A stretch of 63,336 nucleotides of DNA, counting the filler, from Malacoraja senta (taxonomy: Eukaryota): assembly GCA_038087875.1 (NCBI GenBank). It is 3 parts of 3 records of this genome, joined end to end, with 100 filler letters (N's around TTAATTAATTAA, not from the genome) between each part and the next. Parts side by side here need not be neighbours in the genome. Positions count along the whole stretch, not along the records: positions 29,254 to 60,924 come from JAXLNO010000763.1; positions 61,025 to 63,336 come from JAXLNO010001095.1; 1 more part is not named here. One strand, given 5' to 3'. Position numbers and translations under genes: made by a program. The notes beneath the pieces are model-generated. The model saw only the letters and a list, made by a program, of their open reading frames with translations. It did no database searches and had not been told where the DNA came from. This document shows positions 52,301-63,289 of this stretch, piece by piece. How positions within the stretch are numbered: the stretch's first letter is position 1; every line of letters starts with the position of its first letter.

Positions 52301-55300
52301 GGTTTTTGAAAGATAGGGGAGGTTTGAGATAGGGCGTTAGTTAATGAGAGAGGAGGGATCAAGACCAGGTTTCTTTAAGATTGGTGTGACAGCAGCAGTT
52401 TTGAAAGCAGAGGGGACAATTCCTTGGGACAATGAGGAGTTGAAAAGATTTGTGAGGTAGGGGCAGAGAGCAGGGAGGCAGGACTTCAGCAGGGGAGTGG
52501 GGAGAGGGTTAAGGGAGCAGGCAGTGGGTTTGGAAGAGCTGATGAGTTTGGAGATTTCAGTAGGGGTGACCGGGTCAAACTGGAAGAGGAAGCAGTGAAC
52601 CGATTTAGTGAACTGATGTTTAATATGGTCAATTAAAGGAATAAAATTAGCTTTAAATAAATCCTTGTGTTTCTTGGTGATCTTAATACCTAAATAAGTA
52701 AAACTTTCGGTAGTCCATCTAAATGGAAACTGTCCATAACTCGAAACAAAATTATTTAATGGGGAGGCTCACCCGTACTAAGATTTAGTTTATAACCAGA
52801 AAAACTACTGAATTGATTAAGTAATGCTACTATTGCCGGAATAGATTTCTCAGGGTTAGAAATAAATAATAACAGATCATCTGCATCAAGAGATATCTTA
52901 TGTGTCTTATTCCCGCGGACAATACCAAAAATATTAGGGGATTCCCTAATAGCAGTGGCTAAAGTTTCCAAAGCAATATCAAATAGTAAAGGACTTAAGG
53001 GACCTTGAAAGAGCCTGAAAAAAAGGGGATCTCTGATTATTAGTAAATACAGAAGCCTGAGGTATAAGATATAGCAGTTTGATCCAAGAGATACATTTTG
53101 GACCAATCTTAACTTTTTCAAGTATATTGAATAAGTATTCCATTCTACTCTATCAATAGCCTTCTCGGCATCAAGTGAGATGACACATTCTGGGGTTTTA
53201 TTAGACGCTGTATATACAATATTTATTAATCTCCTAACATTAAAGAATGAGTAACGATTTTTAATAAAACCTGTCTGATCTTCAGAGATAATTTGCGGTA
53301 AAATCTTTTCCAATCTCATAGGTAATATTTTGGAAAGAATTTTAAAATCTACATTTAACATTGATATAGGTCTATATGATGTCACTTCAGTAGGGTGTTT
53401 ATCTTTTTTTTAAATTAAAGAAATAAAAGCTTCATAAAAAGATTGTGGTAATCTATTCCTTAAAAAGGCTTCTTTAAATACCTTGCATAGCCATTGAGAC
53501 AATAAATTTGAGAAATACTTTAAAAATTCTACTGTTAACCCATCTAAACCGGGAGCTTTACCAGAATTCATTGAAAAAATTGCTTTCTGTATTTCTTCTT
53601 CCGTGATGGGTTCATCTAACAACAGAGACTCATTGTATGGTAAATTTGGTAAGTTCAGTTTCTTTAAAAACTCATGCATTATATTGGAATCAGTAGGAAA
53701 ATCTGATTGGTATAGGGAGGTATAAAATTCCTGAAAGGATTTATTAATTTCGTCATGGTCTACAGTTACTGTACCATCCCGTTTACTCACTTTAGTAATC
53801 TGACGCTTGGCCAACACTGCTTCAATTGATTAGCAAGTAATTTACCAGATTTTTAGCCATTTATATAAAATTTACTTTTGGTTTTAAGCAACTGGTTCTC
53901 AATCGGTGATACTAATAACAAATCATATCTCAATTGAAGTTCAACTCTATTCTTATAGAGCTCTAAACTAGGAGCTTTTGAATATTTTTTATCAATTTCT
54001 TTAATCTCGTCAGCCAATGTGCGTATTCCTTTTTGTGTTTGTTTTTTTAATCCCGCGGAGTATGAAATAATTTGTCCACGAATATATGCCTTAAAAGCAT
54101 CCCAAACTATACCATTGGATATCTCTTCATTAGAGTTTGTCAAGAAGTAAAAAGCAATCTGATCTTTCATAAACTTAATAAAGTTTGAGTCTTGAAGCAA
54201 AGTAGCATTAAATCGCCATTGTTTAGCACTAAACTTGGAATCAGGTAGTTTGATCAATAGTTTCACTGGTGCATGATCAGAAATAGCAATTGTATCATAC
54301 TCACATGCAATGACCGATGGAACTAGCCGAGAATCTAGTATAAAATAGTCGATCCTAGAATAACTATGAAATACATGAGAGAAAAATGAAAATTCTTTGT
54401 CATTTGCGTGTAAGAATCTCCAAATTTCTAACATTCCCGAGTCAAGTAAAAAAGAATTAATAAAATTAGCTGATATATTTGGAAGCACATGATCAATCGA
54501 GGGATTCAAACAGCAATTGAAGTCTCCATCCATTATTAAAAAGTGTTCATTTAAATTAGGAAAGGATGCAATTAACTGTTTAAAAAACTCAGGGTGATCA
54601 ATATTTGGTGCATAGACATTCACCAAAGCCACTTTTTGCCTAAAAAGGACAGCGGTAATCACCAAGAATCTGCCATATGGATCAGAAATTGTTTCATGGT
54701 AAACAAACGGAATTGAGGAGTCAATAAAAATAGAGACTACCTTTCACCTTAGCCTGTAAATTTGAATGAAACTGCTGTCCTCTCCAAAACTTGAAAAATC
54801 GTGACTTGTCATCTTGCCTTACATGAGTTTGCTGAACAAAGATAATCTGAGCATTAAGTCTGTGAAGAACTTTAAAAAAAAATCCTCTTAATGGGATGGT
54901 TCAAGCCATTCACATTCCATGAAAGGATATTAGTAACTTTATCCATATTGCTTGTAAAAATCATGTGGGATGTAATGGGTTAATTTCTTGAAGCCTAAAA
55001 GTTCATAATACTGGATGTAGAAAAATCTAGGGCGGAGCCAGAAGTGATGACATTTCAGCCAACTCTGTAGTTCAGAATTTGCACAAATGGAGTTCACTAA
55101 ATAGGGAACAAAAGACCCCTCCCCCCTCCCACCCCTGTCGAACCCCAAACTGACCAATGGACAGTCAGCAAACTACCTAATCCCCTCCCCGATCCCATCT
55201 CTCCCAGTAACAGCGCTCAGCATAAAAAGAATAATATTTAACCACTACGTCATAACACATTCGTTATTATCTCTTTGAGAGAGAAGGAAAAAAAATACAG

Positions 55301-55336
55301 ACTGGCATGGAATGCTGCTTATTATTATTCAAGGTC
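49377..55336 (-). mobile_element. Duplicated L1 (ORF2 and 3' UTR only, cut in the inter-ORF region), interrupted by an L2
   Basis: Reverse complement of 16232-20874. ORFs 53853-54665 (endonuclease) and 52756-53385 (RT). Confidence 0.92.
51239..52602 (-). mobile_element. 5'-truncated L2 LINE, present only in the right arm
   Basis: LGVIFD..L...AFISSRLDYCNSLL...LQLVQNAAAR...ELHWLPI...FSRAAPRLWNSLP. L2 3' end CTTTGAG...AAAAGCGCTGTATAAATAAAA plus (TAT)n. Flanked by ATTTA. The empty site is at ~18985. Confidence 0.92.
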
Positions 55337-55340
55337 AGGG

Positions 55341-56197
55341 TAGGGGGCGCTGCTCTGGGCAGCAGCCATGTCAGTTTTTTCAACTTTTTCTTATTTTTTA
55401 GTATGTTTTAAAGTATGTATGGTGTGTTTCTTTGTGTGTCTTGTGTGGGGGGTGGTGTGGGGGGGTAAGGGGGAAACCGCTTCGGTCGCCTCCTCCATGG
55501 AGAGGTGACTTTTTCCAGGTCGCCTACCCCGTGGCCTAACATCAAGGATTGGCGCGGCCTTTCCCGGAGACGCGCCCGGGGCTTCAGCGGCGGGCACAGC
55601 GTGGACTCTCGGCGTGGAGCGGGTGAGCCCTCGCTGAAGGGAAGTGCTCCGTTTCGCTGGCCCGGGGCAGCCGGCAGCCTGAAGTCGCAGCCTGAAGTCG
55701 CGGTCTGCAGAGCTCCAGCTGGTGTGGCGTCTACAGCCCGGGATCCCTCGTGGGGGACCCGGTGGGGGAAGAAGAAGCCATCACTGCTGGCCCGCGGCCA
55801 ACTTCTACCGCGGGGCCGGCATGGACTTACCAACACCCCTGCAGGGGAGCTTCGACCGCCGGCCCTGCAGTCTACGGTGCTTCTGGCTGCGGCGGAGACT
55901 TTAAATCTCGACAGCCGGCCTGCGGCCCACAACAACTTAAAGCCGCGGTCTCCGGTGAGGAAGAGCCGATCCTGGACTGACTCTGGACTCTGGTCCTGTT
56001 CACGGAGGGGAAATGGAGGAGGATTGGCCAAATTTTTGTGCCTTCCACCACAGTGTTGAATGCTGTGGTGGATGTTTGTGTTACATTTTTTTTTAAATTG
56101 TGGTTGTGTGTTCTTATTATTGTATCGCTGCTGACAACCCAAAATTCCACCAGCTTGGCTGTGTGGTCATTAAAAATACTATACTATACTATACTAT
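55341..56197 (+). mobile_element. ~0.85-kb non-autonomous retroelement with (ATACT)n tail, abutting the duplication breakpoint
   Basis: GC-rich body, motifs shared with 32120-32800 and 29330-29690, microsatellite tail at 56177-56197. Confidence 0.55.
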
Positions 56198-56199
56198 CT

Positions 56200-56715
56200 A
56201 AAAAGTTTCAGAAGTGATCAATCTGGCTGTAAAATTTTAAAATCGCCCATGGTTCTGAAGTGGGTTTGTACATGCAAAAAGGAAATGCTTCTGAAGCTAA
56301 ATTTATCATTAAAGAAATCTCCAGACTTACGAGTGATGTGTAGAAAAGTTTTCTATCATTATGCTATTGAGATGTATATTTTGGCAATAATAAAATGTCC
56401 TGACAGCTTAAACACCCACTGTCCTTCAATAGGATATTGTCAATTTGCTGAGGTTGATTATGTCCAATTAACAGCTAACAATTATGCCATTCCTTGGCTT
56501 GCATCTGAGTAAAATGTAATTTGGGTGATCACAGAGGAAGAGGACTTAACCTTTTGATGCCGTGGACAGTGGAACATTTTGATTCTGTTGTGGGGGAAGT
56601 TCATGTTGAATTCTATAATGTGTTGTGTCATTAATTCTTTTATGTAAAGCACTTTGGTTTCAACGCGAGTTGATTTAAACATGCTATATAAATAAAATGT
56701 ACTTACTTACTTACG
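56200..56715. mobile_element. L1-like ORF2 fragment (minus, ~56200-56510) and L2-like 3' end (plus, ~56520-56715)
   Basis: The L2 3' end reads AAAGCACTTTG...GCTATATAAATAAAA followed by (TACT)n. The L1 assignment is weaker. Confidence 0.5.
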
Positions 56716-56856
56716 TATGGTTTGTGATTTTTTTACCCACACCCACCCAAAACCACCCTCACCCACTCGAAACCACCCTCACCAACCACACCCACCGGAA
56801 ACCACCCACACCCACCCGAAACCACCCTCACCCACCCGAAAGCACCCTCACCCACG

Positions 56857-57975
56857 CTTACAGGGTCTTGGTGAGACCACACCTGGAGTATTGCGTACAG
56901 TTTTTGTCTCCTAATCTGAGGAAAGACATTCTTGCCATAGAGGGAGTACAGAGAAGGTTCACCAGACTGATTCCTGGGATGTCAGAACTTTCATATGAAG
57001 AAAGACTGGATAGACTCGGCTTGTACTCGCTGGAATTTAGAAGATTGAGGGGGGATCTTATAAAAACTTACAAAATTCTTCAGGGGTTGGACAGGCTAGA
57101 TGCAGGAAGATTGAACCCGATGTTGGGGAAGTCCAGAACAAGGGGTCACAGTTTAAGGATAAGCGGGAAGTCTTTTAGGACCGAGATGAGAAAAACATTT
57201 TTTTTTCACACAGAGAGTGGTGAATCTGTGGAATTCTCTGCCACAGAAGGTAGTTGAGGCCAGTTCATTGGCTATATTTAAGAGGGAGTTAGATGTGGCC
57301 CTTGTGGCTAAAGGGATCAGGGGATATGGAGAGAAGGCAGGTACAGGATACTGAGTTGGATGATCAGCCATCTTCTTCTGTCGTGTGTCTTTTAGACCTG
57401 CAGCTCTGTTGAGGCGAGCCAGGCCAATGTATCATCGTCCAGGTCAATCAGACCTCGTTCACCGTTCGGTGGCCGATGTGTGCTCCACTGTCTGTGTTGG
57501 GTCCCCACACTCGCAGGAGGCACTCGCTGTCCACGAGGCCCCCACCTCTTCATCACTACTCCATAGCGTCCTCAAGCGGTTGAGGGTTGACCACTGCTTT
57601 CGGGGCAGGTCCTGGCCAGGGACGTCCATGGGGTCATCGATGTAATGGTGTAGCCTAGATGTTTCCGCTGACTTCAACTGGTCTCTCCATCTCGTCTTGA
57701 CCATCTGGTCAAAGACAGCCTCTACGCGGCCTCCTCTACGAGTAGCTTACAGGATCATAAGCCCAACCGCTAAAAGCCATGCCTCCCCAGGCCAGGCGGC
57801 ACCGTTAAATGCCGCCAACTGTCGAGGTTTAGCGCTACTGCAGCTCAATGTTGAAGGCCTTACCACCGCCAAGCTCAACGTCATCGAACAGATGATCAGC
57901 CATGATCACATTGAATGACGGTGCTGGCTCGAAGGGCCGAATGGCCTACTCCTGCACCAATTGTCTATGTTTCTA
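56857..57975 (+). mobile_element. Young 5'-truncated CR1 carrying a nested insertion
   Basis: Near-identical to 24521-25323, with a CTATGTTTCTATG tail. Confidence 0.9.
57372..57890 (-). mobile_element. Vingi/Ingi-like LINE fragment with 5' inversion
   Basis: 13-bp TSD GATGATCAGCCAT (57359-57371, 57891-57903). Minus strand: WSTLNRLRT...CECGDPTQTVEH plus an AAG tail. Plus strand: LLQLNVEGLTTAKLNVIEQ, an APE endonuclease N-terminus. The clade assignment is from motif recall. Confidence 0.65.
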
Positions 57976-58294
57976 TGAAACCGCCCTCACCAGAAACCAC
58001 TAACAAAACCACCCTCACCCACCCACACCCACCCACCCTCAACCACCCACACACCCTCAACCACCCTCAACCACCCACACACCCAAAACCACCCTCAACC
58101 CCCCACACACCCTCAACCACCCTCACCCACCCTCAACCACCCACACACCCGAAACCACCCTCACCCACCCGAAACCACCCTCACCCACCCGAAACCACCA
58201 TCACCCACCCGAAACCACCCTCACCCACCCGAAACCACCCTCACCCACCCGAAACTACCCTCACCCACCCGAAACCACCCTCACCCACCCGCAC

Positions 58295-58930
58295 AAAGCT
58301 CCAACCGCCAACCGCCGACCTACCTGCCTTCACCAAGATGGCCGCCGGCTGCCGACCTCACCTGCCCTCACCAAGATGGCCGCCGAATGCAGACCTCACC
58401 AAGATGTTCTCTATCACTCTATGACTAAGTGACTGCAACATTTTACCTTCAGTGTGAAGCAGCATCATCACATTCGCCGCCATTTTGTGTCGGCCTTCAC
58501 ATTTGAAAACAAACCGCCATCGAGCCACTGCCAGCTGAAGCCACGCCCTCGGATCGCCGGTGACGTCACGGCGCAGGGAGGGCGGACGTCACGGCGCAGG
58601 GCGGGCGGGGAGGGCGAACGTCACGGCGCAGTGCGGGAGGGGAGGGCGGGTCATCTTCATCTTGTTCACGCTCCACGTCTCCAACCGCCAACCCCGCCCC
58701 CGCCCGCGACCTCACCTGCCCTCACCAAGATGGCCGCCCGCCCGCCGGTCCCGCCCCCCCCCCCGCCCCCGAGGCCGAGTCTCTACGTCAACCGCATGAA
58801 AATGGCGGCGCGCGGAGAAGCGGCAGTTGGTGACGTCGCTGCCGACGGACTTGAGGTAAATAAATAAATAACTGATGATCAGCGGCTGCAGCGGATTGTG
58901 CGGGATCGGGTCACGTGGGGGAGAAGTGAG
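58295..58930 (+). promoter_or_regulatory. CpG-island-like promoter candidate
   Basis: Very CpG-rich. YY1-like CAAGATGGCCGCC x3, AAAATGGCGGCG (58799-58810) and CGCCATTTTG. CRE TGACGTCA at 58561 with GACGTCAC repeats, plus GC boxes. Confidence 0.6.
58802..58855 (+). CDS. Candidate first coding exon of an unidentified gene (MAARGEAAVGDVAADGLE)
   Basis: AAAATGGCGGCG start context within the CpG island, ending at a GAG|GTAAAT donor (phase 0). No downstream exon was recognised. Confidence 0.4.
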
Positions 58931-59214
58931 TGGGTGAGTGAGGTCAATGACCACATACAGTACAGTACAGTACAGTACAGTACAGGCCGGTACAGTACAG
59001 GCCCGTGTGTGGACATGTGTGTGGGGGGGAGAGAGAGAGAGAGAGAGCTGAGGGCAATCTCCACATAAACCACTTCTGGGGGAATCAAACTGGTCAAACT
59101 GGGGTCAATTATATAAACTCACCGTCTGGAGCAGCGTCCTGAGATAAAACACCTTATAAATAAACATCTCCCTCTCTCTGGCTCCCAACCCCCCCTCTCT
59201 GTAAATGATCAATA

Positions 59215-59960
59215 AATCACCACATAAACTGCACGTCTGGGGGAATAAACCCGGTAAATCTGGGGTAAATAATGTTATAAACACACAGGGGAACAAAGTA
59301 AACCCAGTAAAACTGGGGTAAATAATGTTATAAACACACAGGGGAACAAAATAAACCCAGTCTGGGGTAAAACTGAGGTAAAGTAAGGAAGTTTATTGGC
59401 CAAGTACTCACATACAAGGAATTTGCCTTGGTGCTCCGCCCACAAGTAACAACATGACATACAGTGACAGTAAATAATGTTATAATACAGTAAATAATAT
59501 TAGAAACACACAGGGGAGCGGAATAAACCCGGTCTGGGGTAAAACTCGGGTAAATAATGTTATAAACACACAGGGGAACAAAATACACAAACAGCCTCAC
59601 AGCCATCAGGATATTGAACTCAACTCAAACAAAACTCTAAATATTAATAGCCCATTATCAGTTTATTTGCACTTTATCTGTTTTATTTATACATGTGTGT
59701 ATATATTTATACAATGGTATATGGACACACTGATCTGTTCTGTATTCATGCCGTCTATATTCTTTTGTGCTGAAGCAAAGCAAGAATTTCATTGTCCTAT
59801 CTGGGACACACGACAATAAACTCTCTTGAATCTTGAATAAACCCGGTCTGGGGTAAAACTGCGGTAAATAATGTTATAAACACACGGGAGCAAATTAAAC
59901 CCGGTCTGGGGTTAAACTGGGGTAAATAATGTTATAACCACACACGGGAGCGGAATAAAC
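59215..59960. repeat. ~55-60-bp minisatellite (AATAAACCCGGTCTGGGGTAAAACTGGGGTAAATAATGTTATAAACACACAGGGG), interrupted by two small inserts
   Basis: About seven degenerate units are visible. Confidence 0.8.
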
Positions 59961-60339
59961 TGGGCTGTGGAGTCGTTCCCAAAACATCCGACCCCGACCC
60001 CTCGGTAAAATAATTCTAAATCTGCTGTGATGACATTACACAAGTTGGCATTTCATAAGAACCACATGAATTCTCAGGCTGCCTTTTAAACCCGTGTCCA
60101 TAAAGTTTTGAATCTAACGGTTGTATCTGTGCTATTGTGGCTTTTTTTTAATGTTTATTCTTCAAATAAAAACCATAATTCATTATGCTAAAAGAAAACA
60201 AAATGGTAGAAAGGACCATGACAAAATTAAAGTTCCATTGAATTAAGTAAAAATTATAAAAGCATTACTCGAAAATGTGTTAAACTAAGGCCACAGGTAT
60301 GAGCTAAATGGCTAAATTATGACAAAAAAAACATCATGT

Positions 60340-60924
60340 GCATAGAAACCATAGAAAATAGGTGCAGGATGAGGCCATTCGGCCCTTCGAGCCAGCACCG
60401 CCATTCATTGTGATCATGGCTGATCATCCCCAATCAATAACCCGTGCCTGCCTTCTCCACATGTCCCTTGATACGACTAGCCCCCTAGAGCTCTATCTAA
60501 CTCTCTCTTAAATCCATCCAGTGATTTGGCCTCCACTGCCCTCTGTGTCAGGGAATTCCATAAATTCACAACTCTCTGGGTGAAAACTTTTTTTCTCACC
60601 TCAGTCTTAAATGACCTCCCCTTTATTCTAAGACTGTGGCCCCTGGTTCTGGACTCGCCCAACATTGGGAACATTTTTCCTGCATCTAGCTTGTCGAGTC
60701 ATTTTATAATTTTATATGTTTCCATAAGATGCCCCCTCATCCTTCTAAACTCCAGTGAATACAAGCCTAGTCTTTTCAATCTTTCCTCATATGACAGTCC
60801 CGCCATCCCAGGGATCAATCTCGTGAACCTACGCTGCACTGCCTGAATCACAAGGATGTCCTTCCTCAAATTAGGAGACCAAAACTGTATACAATACTCC
60901 AGATGTGGTTTCACCAGAGCCCTA
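60340..60924 (-). mobile_element. CR1 3' part, running into the gap
   Basis: KPHLEYCIQFWSPNLRKD...RGHLMETYKI, TRGHSL and the CR1 3' UTR with a CTATG tail. Confidence 0.9.
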
Positions 60925-61024
60925 NNNNNNNNNNNNNNNNNNNNNNNNNNNNNNNNNNNNNNNNNNNNTTAATTAATTAANNNNNNNNNNNNNNNNNNNN
61001 NNNNNNNNNNNNNNNNNNNNNNNN
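60925..61024. other. Scaffold gap with TTAATTAATTAA spacer
   Basis: Directly visible. Confidence 0.98.
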
Positions 61025-62170
61025 GGAAGACGGGATGGGGAGAGAAGAGGGCAGATGGAGACGGGGGTGGGGAGAGAAGACGAGAGGGGGAGGGAGGGGA
61101 GAGGGGGAAGAGGAAAGGGGAGAAATTGGTGAGGGAGAAGAGAGCAGGGTGGGGGAGAGGGAGGGGGAGGAGAGTGGTAGGAGAGCGGGGAGGGCAGGAA
61201 GGGGGGAGAGGGGGGGAGGGGATGTTAGAGGTGGAGAGAGGGGATGTGGGGAAGGGGAGATGAGTAGGGGGAAGAGAGGGAGAGAAGGAGGGGGAGGGAT
61301 AGAGGTGGGGGAGGGAGAGTGGGAGAGTGGGGAGTGAGAGAGAAGGGAGGGGGAGAGGGGTGGGGGAGGGGGTTGTGGAGGGAGATGGGGATGGGTTTGG
61401 GAGTTAAGTGGAAGAATGGGGAGGGAGATGGAGAGGTGTAGGGGGAGTGGTGGAAGTGGGAGAGAGGGAGGGGGAGAGGTGTAGGGGGGGTGGTTGAAGA
61501 GGGATAGCGGGTTATGGGGAAGGGGACGGGGTGAGAGAGGGAAGGGGGCTGTGGGAGAGAGTAATGGGGGTGGGAGGAGGAGGGGGGTGAGAGGGAGAGG
61601 GGTGAGGAGAAGGGGATGGAGAGGGGGAGGAGAGAGGGGTGGGTAAGGTGAGGAGAAGGGTAGAGAGGTGTGGGGGAGGGTGGAGGGTGGCGACGGGGTT
61701 GGGAGAGAAGAGGGGGGAGGGGGGAGAGGGAGACGGGGGGTGGGGAGAGAAGAGGGGAGGGAGGGGAGGGAGGAAAGAGGGGGAGGAGGAAAGGGGAGAG
61801 ATTGGTGAGGGAGAATAGAGCAGGGTGGGGGGAGAGGGACGGGAGGAGAGTGGGGAGTGGGAGGAGAGCGGGGAGGGCAGGAAGGGGGGAGGGGATGTTA
61901 GAGGTGGAGAGAGGGGATGAGGGGAAGGGGAGAGCAGTAGGGGAAGAGAGGGAGAGAGGGAGGGGGGAGGGATAGAGGTGGGGGAGGGAGAGGGGAAGAG
62001 TGGTGAGTGAGGGGCAGAGGGGTAGCGGGGAGTGGTGCAAGAGAGAGGGGAAGGGGGTAGGGGTGAAGAGGGGTGGTGGAGGGGAAGAGAGGGTGTGGGA
62101 GGGGAGGGAGGGGTAGAGCAGAGAGGGGAAAGAGTGGGGAGGGAGAGTTGAAGTAGGAGGGGTAGGGACA
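61025..62170 (+). repeat. G/A-rich low-complexity tract with an internal ~680-bp degenerate duplication
   Basis: Almost all purines. The ATTGGTGAGGGAGAA.AGAGCAGGGTGGGG block recurs at ~61120 and ~61800. Confidence 0.85.
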
Positions 62171-62229
62171 GTCCATCTGTTACCCATTCCCTATCACCCC
62201 CAATCCTCTTTCTCTATTGCCACACACGT

Positions 62230-63200
62230 GACACAGGCTGCGGGGGTGGGGGGAGGGGCTGGGGCTGGGGCTGCTGCCAAGGCATATGTAAACGGATTCA
62301 TTTTGATTGGATATCTTTGAGCATTGGGCATTGTGACATCACAAAACGGAACCTTCATTAACATTCTATTGCTGAGAGCTGTTTTTTTAAACATTTTGAA
62401 ATGTCCCCATTCCCTATCCCCCCCACACACGCGGCGACGCCCTTCGACACAGGCTGTGGGGTTGGGGGGGAGGGGCTGGGGCTGGGGCTGCTGCCAAGGC
62501 ATATCTAAATGAATCCATTCCCATTGGACATCTGTTAGCATCGGGCATTGTGACATCACACAACGGAATCTTTGCTAACATTCTATGGCTGAGCTGTTTT
62601 TTTAATCATTTTGAAATGTTTGGGGGTGGGGGGGGAGAAGTATTTTATTTTTTAAAAGTGTACATAAAAACGACCAAATTTAATCAGGGTTGTCTATTCG
62701 TAAAGATAAACGTAATCACAGGCTGTGGGGTTGGGGGGGGGAGGGGCTGGGGCTGGGGCTGCTGCCAAGGCATATGTAATCGGATTCATTTCGATTTGTC
62801 ACACGTGTCGCAGGGCGTCGCCACGTGTGTGGGGGCGATAGGGGATGGGGACATTTCAAAATGTTAAACAAACAGCTCTCTGCAATAGAATGTTAATGAA
62901 GGTTCCGTTTTGTGATGTCACAATGCCCAATGCTGCGGGGGTTGGGGGGGAGGGGCCGGGGCTTGGGTCGCTGCAAAGGCATATGTAAATGGATCCATTC
63001 CGATTGGACATCTGTGACCATTGTGCATTGTGACATCACACAACGGAATCTTTACTAACATTCTACGGCTGAGCTGTTTTTTTAAACATTTTGAAATGTT
63101 TGGTTTTGGGGGGGGGGAGAGGTATTTTATTTTAAAAAGCGTACGTAAACACGACCAAATTTAATCAGGATCGTCTATTCGTAAAGATAAACGTAACCTC
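62230..63200. repeat. Complex ~220-270-bp tandem repeat with an internal inverted segment
   Basis: The unit head GGGGCTGGGGCTGGGGCTGCTGCCAAGGCATAT recurs four times. 62800-62935 is the reverse complement of ~62320-62450. Confidence 0.8.
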
Positions 63201-63289
63201 TTTAGAAACGGTAAAAAATATCGGCGTTTCCGCGCGCCGCGCGGGCGCGGGGCGGTATCAAAGGCGGGACGTCAAGCAGAACGTTGGAC

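Larger units (their letters stand above)
41963..55336 (+). repeat. Right arm of the inverted segmental duplication
   Basis: Colinear reverse complement of 16232-29153 apart from arm-specific insertions and small indels. Confidence 0.95.
56735..58295. repeat. ~21-bp C/A-rich minisatellite (CCGAAACCACCCTCACCCACC)n, split by a CR1 insertion (arrays ~56735-56856 and ~57980-58295)
   Basis: Tandem units are directly visible on both sides of the CR1. Confidence 0.85.

Noticed and set aside
55391-56150. Overlapping 184-244 aa ORFs on both strands
   Set aside because: They lie in a GC-rich repeat family with related copies elsewhere in the window and show no protein motifs.
56697-58424. His/Pro/Thr-rich ORFs and a CRISPR-like repeat appearance
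   Set aside because: Translation of a 21-bp minisatellite. The units are contiguous with no unique spacers, and the DNA is eukaryotic.
61035-62187. Long Pro/Leu-rich and Gly/Glu/Arg-rich ORFs (up to 320 aa)
   Set aside because: Artefacts of a purine-only low-complexity tract that lacks stop codons.
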